The notes below the pieces were generated by a model that worked only from the letters and a program-made list of their open reading frames with translations, searched no databases and was not told where the DNA came from. From NCBI GenBank assembly GCA_028826165.1, contig JAPDFW010000092.1, positions 372,001 through 436,000 on the forward strand: a stretch of DNA of 64,000 nt. Direction: 5' to 3'. Position 1 is the stretch's first letter, and each line of letters begins with the position of its first letter. The position numbers were made by a program, and so were the translations under genes. Below are positions 53,950-64,000 of the stretch, piece after piece. This DNA is from Anaeramoeba ignava BMAN. Lineage: Eukaryota > Protista > Anaeramoebae.

Positions 53950-54455
53950 AAAAATAAGAATAGATTTAATTTAATATTTATTTATAAATTAATTTAAAAA
54001 TATAATTTAATAATTAATTTTATTATTAAAATAATAATTTAATGTTTTAGATTTAAATATTTTATTATTTAATTATTTAACATATAAATATAAAAAATAA
54101 GAATAGATTTAATTTAATATTTAATTTATAAATTAATTTAAAAATATAATTTAATATTTAATTTTATGTTTAAAATAATAATTTAATGTTTTAGATTTAA
54201 ATATTTTATTATTTAATTATTTAACATATAAATATAAAAAATAAGAATAGATTTAATTTAATATTTAATTTATAAATTAATTTAAAAATATAATTTAATA
54301 TTTAATTTTATTATTAAAATAATAATTTAATGTTTTAGATTTAAATATTTTATTATTTAATTATTTAACATATAAATATAAAAAATGAGAATAGATTTAA
54401 TTTAATATTTAATTTATAAATTAATTTAAAAATTATAATTTAATACTTAATTTTG
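53950..54455 (-). repeat. Tandem array family A (inverted), ~3.5 copies, filling the space between two divergent BTB-TLDc genes
   Basis: GAATAGATTT at ~53958, 54101, 54245 and 54389. Confidence 0.9.
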
Positions 54456-54539
54456 TTATTTATTTTCAAAATCCACTTTTTTTATTTAAATTTTTTTTTT
54501 TCATTTTTTTTCTTTCCTTTTTAAAAAACAAAAACAAAA

Positions 54540-56346
54540 ATGGATAAAAATAATAACAATAAGGAAATTGAAAACGAAAATCAAATTCAAAATGAAAATG
54601 AAATTGAAAATCAAAATCAAAATCAAAATCAAAATGAAAATCAAATTGAAAATGAAAATGAAAATGAAATGAAAAATTTAGAAAAAAAAGTAACAAAAAA
54701 TTTAATTAAAGATTATTCAAACCTTTTAAATACAAATTCATTTAAAGATTTTTCAATTTTTGTTGAGAATAAATCAAATCCTTTTGAAATTAAAGTTCAT
54801 AAATCAATTTTATTTTCAAGATCTCCTTTTTTTAATAAGTTTTTAAGGCAAGAATCTCTTTTTATTTCTTTAAATCAATTTAATAAAAAAGAAATGGAAT
54901 CAGTTTTGAAATATATTTATTATGGAAATATTTCTTTTGAGAATCAAGAAAATCTTTTTCAATTATTGGAAATTTCAATTTATTTTAAATTAAATTTATT
55001 GAAAGAAATTATCGAAAAAAAAATTTCAAATTTAATTAATTATTCAAATTTTTTCCAATTTTTTTTCCAAAATCGAAATTTTGATTCAAATGAAATTGAA
55101 ATGAAATGCTTTGAATTAATAAATCAAAAATTTTCCCAAATTCAGAATAATGAGAATTTATTCAATTTAACTAAAGAAGAAATTATCAAATTTATTCAAT
55201 TTAAACAAGAAAAAAAAGAAATTTTTCAATTTGATTTTTTTCAATTTTTAAATAATTGGATTGAAAAAAGAGTTAATTCATTGAAAGGAATGAAAGAGGA
55301 GCAAAAGGAGAATATGAAGAAAACATTATTTCATTCTTTTTTTTCATTATTTGATAAAGATTCAATTCCAAAACAAGATTTTGATAAATTAAAACAATTT
55401 GATCTTTTTCCTAAATCTTTTTTAGTTGATATTCAAAACAAAGTTATTCAAGATAATCGCGAAATGAAGTCAGAAAATCTTAAGAAAGAAAAAGAGAATA
55501 AAGATTTGAAATTGGAAAATGAAAGTCAACAAAAAAAGAATCAAGATTTGAAATCAGAAAATCTTAAGAAAGAAAAAGAGAATAAAGATTTAAAATCTGA
55601 AAATCAAAATAAACTAAAAGAGAATCAAGATTTGAAATCAGAAAATCTTAAGAAAGAAAAAGAGAACCAAAGATTTGAAATTGGAAAATGAGAAAATGAA
55701 ACCTATTTTTGATGAATATGAAAAGAAAATGGCAGAATTCACAAAGAATTTCCCTCAATTTTCAGATTCAGAAATCATTCAACAAAATCAACATGTCAAG
55801 AAATTGAAAGAATGGATAAATGATAATGAATTCTTTTCCAAAATGAAAAAAGGATATTCAGCCAAAAAAGATGGATTTGATTGTAAAAAATGGCATTCAA
55901 AATGTGACAAAGGAAAAACATTAATTATTATCAAAACAAAAGATAATTATATTTTTGGAGGATTTACTCAAGTTGGATGGACAAATGATAAATCAAAATG
56001 GAGAGAAAAAGATAGAGAAGATGATTATGGATGGATTATTGATTCAAAAGCTTTTATTTTCTCATTAAGAAATGATAAAGGAGATAGAATTCCAGAGAAA
56101 TTAACAATTAAACAAGGCCAAGAAGATTATGCAATTTATTATTGGTATTCTTATAATGGACCCAATTTTGGAGGAGGAATTGATGGAGATATTTCTTTAA
56201 ATTCTAAATTTCAAGGTTGGTCAAATTTTGGTAATAGTTATAATCTGCCTAATGGAATTGAATATGAATCAGATGAAGCTAAAAGTTATTTAGCTGGTTC
56301 TTATAATAAATGGATTATTGATGAACTTGAAACTTATTTCATTTAA
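54540..56346 (+). CDS. BTB-coiled-coil-TLDc protein (1-nt frameshift at ~55668)
   Basis: ORFs 54540-55691 and 55675-56346. The frameshift lies in the last KEKENKDL repeat (GAGAACCAAAGAT versus GAGAATAAAGAT in earlier repeats). Confidence 0.87.
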
Positions 56347-56604
56347 AAACTTTTTTTTCACTTTTTTTTCCTAATTCAATTCAATTTTGATTTACTTTTA
56401 ATCAAATTAAATTCTTCAAACTAATAAATAAGAAACAAATCTAATTTCAAACGATTTAATTTTAATTTAAAAACATTATTAAAAAATTTGAAAACAATTA
56501 TAAATAAAAATAAAAATTGAAAATAGAAATTATTAATAATTAAATTTAAATTCTTTATTCCTAGATAAATTATGAATAAAATCAATTAAAATTTATTATT
56601 AAAG

Positions 56605-58015
56605 CTATTCCCATTTTTTATATTTTTATGTTAAATATTTAAATAATAAAATATTTAAATCTAAAACAACAAATTATTATTTTAATAATAAAATTAAATA
56701 TTAAATTAAATCTATCCTAATTTTTATATTTATATGTTAAATATTTAAATAATAAAAATATTTAAATCTAAAACAATAAATTATTATTTTAATAACAAAA
56801 ATTAAATATTAAATTATATTTTTTAAATTAATTTATAAATTAAATATTAAATCAAACCTATTCTCATTTTTATATTTTTATGTTAAATATTTAAATAATA
56901 AAATATTTAAATTTAAAAACATTAAATTAATATTTTAATAATAAAATTAAGTATTAAATTATATTTTTAAATTAATTTATAAATTGAATATTAAATTAAA
57001 TCTATTCTTATTTTTATATTTATATTTTAAATATTTAAATAATAAAATATTTAAATCTAAAAACATTAAATTATTATTTTTAAACATAAAATTAAATATT
57101 AAATTATATTTTTAAATTAATTTATAAATTAAATATTAAATTAAATTTATTCTTATTTTTATATTTATATGTTAAATATTTAAATAATAAAATATTTAAA
57201 TTTAAAACAATAAATTATTATTTTAATAACAAAATTAAATATTAAATTATATTTTTAAATTAATTTATAAATTAAATATTAAATTAAATCTAATTCTTAT
57301 TTTTTATATTTATATGTTTAATATCTAAATAATAAAATATTTAAATTTAAAACAATAAATTATTATTTTAATAATAAAATTAAATATTAAATTATATTTT
57401 TAAATTAATTTATAAATTAAATATTAAATTAAATCTATTTTCATTTTTTATATTTATATGTTAAATATTTAAATAAGAAAATATTTAAATCTAAAACATT
57501 AAATTATTATTTTAAACGTAAAAATTAAATATTAAATTATATTTTTTAAATTAATTTATAAATTAAATATTAAATTAAATTTATTCTTATTTTTTATATT
57601 TATATATTAAATAATTAAATAATAAAATATTTAAATATAAAACATTAAATTATTATTTTAATAATAAAATTAAATATAAAATTATATTTTTGAATTAATT
57701 TATAAATTAAATATTAAATTAAATCTATTCTTATTTTTATATTTATATGTTTAATATCTAAATAATAAAATATTTAAATTTAAAACAATAAATTAATATT
57801 TTAATAATAAAATTAAATATTAAATTATATTTTTAAATTAATTTATAAATTAAATATTAAATTGAATTTATTCTTATTTTCTATATTTATATGTTAAATA
57901 TTTAAATAATAAAATATTTAAATCTAAAACAATAAATTAATATTTTAATAATAAAATTAAATATTAAATTATATTTTTAAATTGATTTATAAATTAAATA
58001 TTAAATTAAACTTAT
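56605..58015 (+). repeat. Tandem array family A, ~144-bp monomer (~10 copies)
   Basis: Same monomer and orientation as 5340-6335. Confidence 0.9.
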
Positions 58016-58579
58016 TTTAAAAATTGAATAAAATTTGATTGATTTTTTTTTTATTTAAAATAAGTGGAAAAAAGAAAAAAAAAAGGAAAAAGAAAAATTT
58101 TTTTTTTTGGATAATTAAAAAATTAAATTAAATTAAAAGGGGGTAAACAAAATTTAAAAATAACAAATAATCCAAAAAAAAATTTATTTGCTATATTTTT
58201 TTTATTTACTGATCTTGTTTTGTTTTATTTGCTAAACAGAAAAAATAAAAAAAAATTTATTTGCCATTTTTATTTTAATTTAAAGTCATCAAAATTACAA
58301 ATTTTCAATTACAAATAACAATCAAAAATAAATTTTAAAAGGAATATAAAAACTAGAAATCAAAATACGTACTTAAAAAAAATAGAACAATTTAAAAAAA
58401 TAAATAGCAAAATAATTAAAATTTAAATACATTTTACCATTAATCACGGCTTAAAAAAAAAATGTCATAGTTTAAAAAGGAAAATTTAACAAAAAAAAAT
58501 AATTTTCATTCTTCAATTTTTTTTTTAAAACAACTTTTTATCTTATTTTTATTTTTAAAAACAAAAAAAAACTTTAAAC

Positions 58580-58978
58580 ATGAAAGCTGAATTACTTGTC
58601 ATTTTCTTGTTAATTACAATCGGATTTGCAAAACAAGATTTCAACATGTACACTTACAACGGAACTGATTGTGCAGGACAATATCAATGGAGACATCAAT
58701 ATCAAACACAAACACAAAATCAAGGAGAAGATGGAGGACAATTCAAATTAGAAGCTGGAACAAACAAACAATGGGCTTGGCAATACTGCTATTCATCTGA
58801 TAATTGCACAACTGTTCTTGAACTTGATTTCAATGAATGCCATAATATTACTGAAATTGAAGCTCCTACTCTTGATGTTTTGACTGCTTGGGATGGTGAA
58901 TCTTTCGAACTTACTGATTCTGCTTTCCAACTTACTTTTGCAATTCTTTCTTTGTTTGCACTTTTGTTTTTCTTCTAA
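58580..58978 (+). CDS. Small secreted, probably GPI-anchored Cys-containing surface protein
   Basis: Signal peptide MKAELLVIFLLITIGFA; 4 Cys; DSA followed by a hydrophobic tail; paralogue of 36991-37395. Confidence 0.8.
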   Translation: MKAELLVIFLLITIGFAKQDFNMYTYNGTDCAGQYQWRHQYQTQTQNQGEDGGQFKLEAGTNKQWAWQYCYSSDNCTTVLELDFNECHNITEIEAPTLDVLTAWDGESFELTDSAFQLTFAILSLFALLFFF

Positions 58979-59139
58979 ATTCCTTTTCTTTTTTGAAATT
59001 TCCATTTGAATTTTTTTTTTTTTTTCTTTTTTTGAAAACTGATCTTTCTAGTTTTCTTCTTTTTTTTTTTTAATAAAAATCAATTGAATTTTTAATTTAA
59101 TTTTTTAATTTAAAAAAAAAAGGTGGATTTTCTTCATTT

Positions 59140-59640
59140 AAACAAAATTCCAATCATCTTAATTTCAATTCAATTCAAATAAATTCAAATTAAATTAAAA
59201 TCAATTTAAATTAAATTAAATTAAAATCAATTTAAATTAAATTAAATTAAAATCAATTTAAATTAAATTAAATTAAATTCAAAATTCCAATCATTTTAAT
59301 TTCAATTCAATTCAAATTAAATTAAAATCAATTTAAATTAAATCCAAAATTCCAATCATCTTAATTCCAATCATCTTAATTTGAATTTAAATTCAAATTA
59401 AATCCTCCTTAAAATATTATCTTAATTTCAAATAAATAATCTTTCTAATTAAATTCAATTCAAAATTAAATTCAAAATTCCAATCATCTTAATTTCAATT
59501 AAAATCAAATTAAATCCTCCTTAAAATATTATCTTAATTCAAATAAATAATCTTTCTAATTAAATTCAATTTAAATTAAATTCAAAATTCCAATCATCTT
59601 AATTCCAAATAAATTCAAATTAAATTAATTCAATTTAAAT
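59140..59640. repeat. Irregular repeat with core AAAATTCCAATCATCTTAAT
   Basis: Core recurs about 6 times between convergent genes; the last copies are ~110 bp apart. Confidence 0.65.
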
Positions 59641-59759
59641 TTAAATCAAAATGAAAATGTAAAAAAAAGTGGATTTTATTCAATTTAATTGCAATTAAAA
59701 TTTAATTCAAATTCAAATTAAATTTAAAATTAAAATTCAAATTCAAATTATAATTAAAT

Positions 59760-61004
59760 TTAAAAATCACATAAACTCCCACTTTCTAAAAATAACCGAA
59801 AATCCATCACAATCTCATTTTCAAGTGTAAAAATCCAAATCTCATCATTCTCCTTTTGAAACCCTCCAAAAACAAACAATTCATTTCGATTTCTAGCAAA
59901 CCCAACATGGCCAAAACTTGGAGGAGGTCGCATAACTTTGTTCCATTTATCCTCAATTTTCATCTCTAATTCAGAAAGAAGATTTGGATTGATTTGATAT
60001 GAAATCTCTCCTTTCTTTTCTGTATTTTGTTGAGAAGAAAGAAACTCTTCAAGAAGTAAATGATCTCTTTTTGTTTTATCATAATTTGACCATTCCTTGG
60101 TTTCAAAATCAAAAACAAAAGTGTAATTATGTTCACCCAATTCAGTTGACATTCCGCCAAAAGAAACAAGATAACGGTCAAGATAAATCATTGCCACACC
60201 TCCACTCATTAATGGCGGCGAATGAGAGTTCCAAAATTGGGTTCTTTTGAATCTTCTTTTTAACATTGACATTGACATTGACTTTGACTTTGACTTTGAC
60301 TCCGAATTTGACATTTGCAGATTAGGAATAACGGAAATTGCTGGTTTTGTTTCTATTTCAAACCAAGTCAGTAATGTTAAATCAAGCATTTGAAGATCAT
60401 TAACACGCGATCCGTTCGAAGACAATCCGCCGAAAATGACCATGCTATTATTATGGATAATTGCGGTGTGAGAAGATCTTCCAACTGGCAGTTTTCCAAA
60501 AGGTTCAATTTTTTCCCAATGTTTTTTAATAGTATTAAATTGCCAAGTGTCATTCAATCTTTTTTGGAATTGGGGAACACCACCGAAAAGATACATAAAG
60601 GAGTTGTGGTAAAGAAGAGAGAAAGAGTATCTTGCTTGCGGGTGTTTTTCCGAGTGAATTTGAGTCCATTTTTCAGTTGTCAAATCAAATTCAAAAGTAT
60701 CTTGAAAATAAGTTGAATAATCGAATCCGCAAGTGATCCACAATTTATCTTCAAAACCGCACATTCCAAGAGCAAGACGCGCTTTGGGTATGTCTCCGCT
60801 TGTTTCTATTGTACTCCATTTGTGTGTGAATATTGATGCACAATATAATGTTGATGAACATGTGAATGTTTTCCCTCCTCCGAATACATAACATTCATCT
60901 CCTATTACTGCTATTCCTGGTTTGTGAAGTGTTTCTGGTCCTTCTCCTTCTAGATGATCTTTTCTCCATCCTGCTACTGAATGTAGAAATGATATTGTGC
61001 TCAT
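59760..61004 (-). CDS. Kelch-repeat beta-propeller protein
   Basis: Repeated YVFGG/YLFGG/VIFGG/VSFGG/FVFGG motifs with downstream W; P.AR/GR..H motifs. Confidence 0.9.
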   Translation of the reverse strand: MSTISFLHSVAGWRKDHLEGEGPETLHKPGIAVIGDECYVFGGGKTFTCSSTLYCASIFTHKWSTIETSGDIPKARLALGMCGFEDKLWITCGFDYSTYFQDTFEFDLTTEKWTQIHSEKHPQARYSFSLLYHNSFMYLFGGVPQFQKRLNDTWQFNTIKKHWEKIEPFGKLPVGRSSHTAIIHNNSMVIFGGLSSNGSRVNDLQMLDLTLLTWFEIETKPAISVIPNLQMSNSESKSKSKSMSMSMLKRRFKRTQFWNSHSPPLMSGGVAMIYLDRYLVSFGGMSTELGEHNYTFVFDFETKEWSNYDKTKRDHLLLEEFLSSQQNTEKKGEISYQINPNLLSELEMKIEDKWNKVMRPPPSFGHVGFARNRNELFVFGGFQKENDEIWIFTLENEIVMDFRLFLESGSLCDF

Positions 61005-61079
61005 TTTATTTTTAATTCAAAAAGAGAAAAAAAATGAAAAAAACAAATTCGAAAAATAATTTTTTTTTCAATTTTAATT

Positions 61080-62740
61080 CATTAATTTTAATAAATATTA
61101 ATAAATAAATTAATTTTATTTTTAAATTTAAATATTTTTATTAATTAAATAGTTATTTTAATTAATAATTAATGATATTTTTATTTAAATAAATTTAATC
61201 AAAAAAAAGTGGAATAAAATATTTTAATAAATAAATAAATTTAATTTTAATAAATATTAATAAATAAATTAATTTTTTTTTAAATTTTAAATATTTTTTT
61301 AATTAAATAAAAATTAATAATAAAATATTTTTATTTAAAAAAGTGGAATAAAATATTTTAATAAATAAATAAATTTAATTTTAATTAATTTTTAAATTTA
61401 AATTATTTTTAAATTTTTATTATTAATTAAATAAAAATATTTTTATTTAAATAAATTTAATCAAAAAGTGGAATAAAATATTTTAATAAATAAATTTAAT
61501 ATTGGAATAAAATATTTTAATAAATAAATAAATTTTATTTTTAAATTTAAATAAATATTTTTATTAATTAAATAGTTATTTTATTAATAAAATTAAAAGA
61601 TATTTTTATTTAAATAAATTTAATCAAAAAAAAGTGGAATAAAATATTTTAATAAATAAATTTAATATTCAATAATTTAATTAATATTAATAAATAAATT
61701 AATTTTATTTTTAAATTTAAATAAATATTTTTATTAATTAAATAATTATTTTTATTAATAATTAAAAATATTTTTATTTAAATAAATTTAATCAAAAAAG
61801 TGGAATAAAATATTTTAATAAATAAATTTAATATTCAATAATTTTAATAAATATTAATAAATAAATTGATTTTATTTTTAAATTCAAATAAATATTTTTA
61901 TTTTAAATAAATAATTAATAATTAATGATATTTTTATTTAAATAAATTTAATCAAAAAGTGGAATAAAATATTTTAATAAATAAATAAATTTAATATTAA
62001 TTAAATTAAATAAATATTTAATAAATAAATTAATTTTATTTTTAAATTTAAATAAATATTTTTATTAATTAAATAAATATTTTTATTAATAATTAATGAT
62101 ATTTTTATTTAAATAAATTTAATCAAAAAAAGTGGAATAAAATATATTAATAAATAAATAAATTTAATTTTAATTAATTTTAATAAATATTAATAAATAA
62201 ATTGATTTTATTTTTAAATTTAAATAAATATTTTTATTAATTAAATAAATATTTTTAATTAATAATTAATGATATTTTTATTTAAATAAATTTAATCAAA
62301 AAAAAAGTGGAATAAAATATTTTAATAAATAAATAAATTTAATTTTAATTAATTTTAATAAATATTAATAAATAAATTAATTTTATTTTTAAATTTAAAT
62401 AAATATTTTTATTAATTAAATAAATATTTTTATTAATAATTAATGATATTTTTATTTAAATAAATTTAATCAAAAAAAAAGTGGAATAAAATATTTTAAT
62501 AAATATTAATAAATAAATAAATTTAATTTTAATAAATATTAATAAATAAATTGATTTTATTTTTAAATTTAAATAGTTATTATTAATTAAATAAATAATT
62601 ATTTTAATTAATAATTAATGATATTTTATTTAAATAAATTTAATCAAAATAAAATATTTTTTTAAATTTAATTTTAATTAATATTAATAAATAAATTAAT
62701 TTTATTTTTAAATTCAAATAAATATTTTTAATAATTATTT
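61080..62740. repeat. Degenerate tandem array, monomer ~134-175 bp (~9 copies), core AAAAAGTGGAATAAAATAT
   Basis: GTGGAAT at ~61209, 61343, 61488, 61634, 61800, 61959, 62132, 62307 and 62481. Confidence 0.85.
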
Positions 62741-62797
62741 ATTGAAATAAAATTGAAAAAAAATAAAAGATTTGTTGATTTTTTTTTAGATTATTTG

Positions 62798-64000
62798 TTA
62801 AATAAAATAAGTCTCAAGTTCATCAACAATCCATTTATTAAATGATCCAGCTAAATAACTTTCAGCTTGATTTGTTCCCTCTCGTATTCCATTATAAATA
62901 TTGTAAGTATCTCCAAAATTCACAAAACCAGGTTGTAAATTAGAATGCAAAACAATATCACCTAAACCTCCTCCAAAACTTGGTCCTAGTTTAACAGAAT
63001 ACCTAATTGCGGTTTCTTCTTTTCGTTCTTGAATTGTAAATTTCTCTGGTTCTCTATCATTTTTATCATTTCTTAATGAAAAAATAAATGCATTTGGATC
63101 AGTAATCCATCCAAAATCATCTCCTCTATCTTTTTCATTCCATTTTGATTTATCATTTGTCCATCCAACTTTCAGTAAATCCTCCAAAAATATAATTATC
63201 TTTTGTTTTGATAATAATTAATGTTTTTCCTTTTTCATCACATTTTGAATGCCAATTTTGGGAATTAAATCCATCTCTTTTAGCTGAATATCCTTTTTTC
63301 ATTTTGTAAAAGAATTCATCATCATTTATCCATTCTTTTAATTTCTTGAAATGTTCAACTTCTTGAATTATTATTGATTTTAACCCAATTCTTGGTTTGA
63401 AAATGAATGAATTTTGATTTTGTTTTTCATTTTTAATAAATTCATATAATTCTTCTTTATTTTTTTCAATTTTCCTTATTAATAATTGAATTAGTTGTTT
63501 TGAAATTTGATTTGGAATTAAATCTTCTTTCAAAGTATCTTGCATTTCTTTTTTTGTAAAATCAATAAATCTGATTTTATCAACAATATTTGAAATTTGA
63601 TCTTGTAATTTTTCTTTTTCTTCTTTATCAAGTTTTTGATTTTCTTTTTCTTGATTAATATTTGATTTATGTTTTCCCCATTTTATTATTGATTGGAAAA
63701 TTTTAAATTCATTTGTGAAAATTTCATCATTTGATAAAATTGAATTTAAATGATTTTCTTCAAGTTCAAGAAAAAATGAAGTTTTAATAAATTCTTTAAA
63801 ATTTTCACAAATAAATTGATAAGAATAATCTAGTAATTGATTTAAGTTTCTTGATTCAGACAATTTAAGAATATCAATAATAGTTTCAAATTGTAAATTG
63901 TTTTTGATAAAATTTGAAGAAATTTCAATTAATTCATCAATTAAATATTTTGATGAAAAAATTAAAATTTGAATTGCATTTTCTGAATTAATTTCAATTT
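62798..64000 (-). CDS. BTB-BACK-TLDc protein, 5' end beyond the window edge, 1-nt frameshift at ~63170
   Basis: ORFs 63153-63863 and 62798-63187; ACTGAAAGTTGG carries an extra A relative to FTQVGW in paralogues. Confidence 0.85.

Noticed and set aside
55660-55700. Programmed ribosomal frameshifting between BTB and TLDc
   Set aside because: Breaks are at non-homologous positions in the four paralogues, and some compensate each other. Error or decay is more parsimonious.
3319-60716. Short antisense or overlapping ORFs (e.g. 3363-3611, 3675-3941, 18002-18487, 46763-46996, 60390-60716)
   Set aside because: These are shadow frames of real genes, with no recognisable motifs.
6338-61004. Inteins/Hint domains
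   Set aside because: No C-F...H-N type insertion was seen interrupting any recognisable protein.
52462-63187. Diversity-generating retroelement acting on TLDc ends
   Set aside because: No reverse transcriptase or template repeat is present in the window. The differences include indels and are not adenine-specific.

Overview
Extremely AT-rich eukaryotic (protist) genomic DNA, standard genetic code, spliceosomal GT-AG introns. The gene repertoire and TCATTTT initiator-like motifs suggest a metamonad such as Anaeramoeba, but this is inference only. The window has two compartments. The core (~10-44.6 kb) holds mostly intron-containing single-copy genes: PAQR, CSC1/OSCA-like channel, ABCA transporter, PiT/PHO4 phosphate transporter, Kir K+ channel, Prp19, a PAS-coiled-coil protein and unknowns. 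Their introns are inflated by intron-specific 5-18 bp microsatellites, which create the many spurious ILIL/FDFD/KIKI ORFs. The flanks (0-10 kb, 46-64 kb) hold intronless expanded BTB genes (4x BTB-TLDc, 2x RCC1-BTB-BTB, ANK-BTB-BTB), Rac and a Kelch protein. These are separated by tandem arrays with nucleosome-sized monomers (~143-146 bp or ~173 bp). One ~144-bp family recurs four times, always next to a BTB gene. A complete Mutator-like (MULE) transposon with perfect 54-bp TIRs and a TSD interrupts the first BTB-TLDc gene. The BTB-TLDc paralogues are patchwork mosaics with hypervariable TLDc loops. All repeat periods and splice sites were read by eye. No rRNA, tRNA, CRISPR array or intein was recognised.
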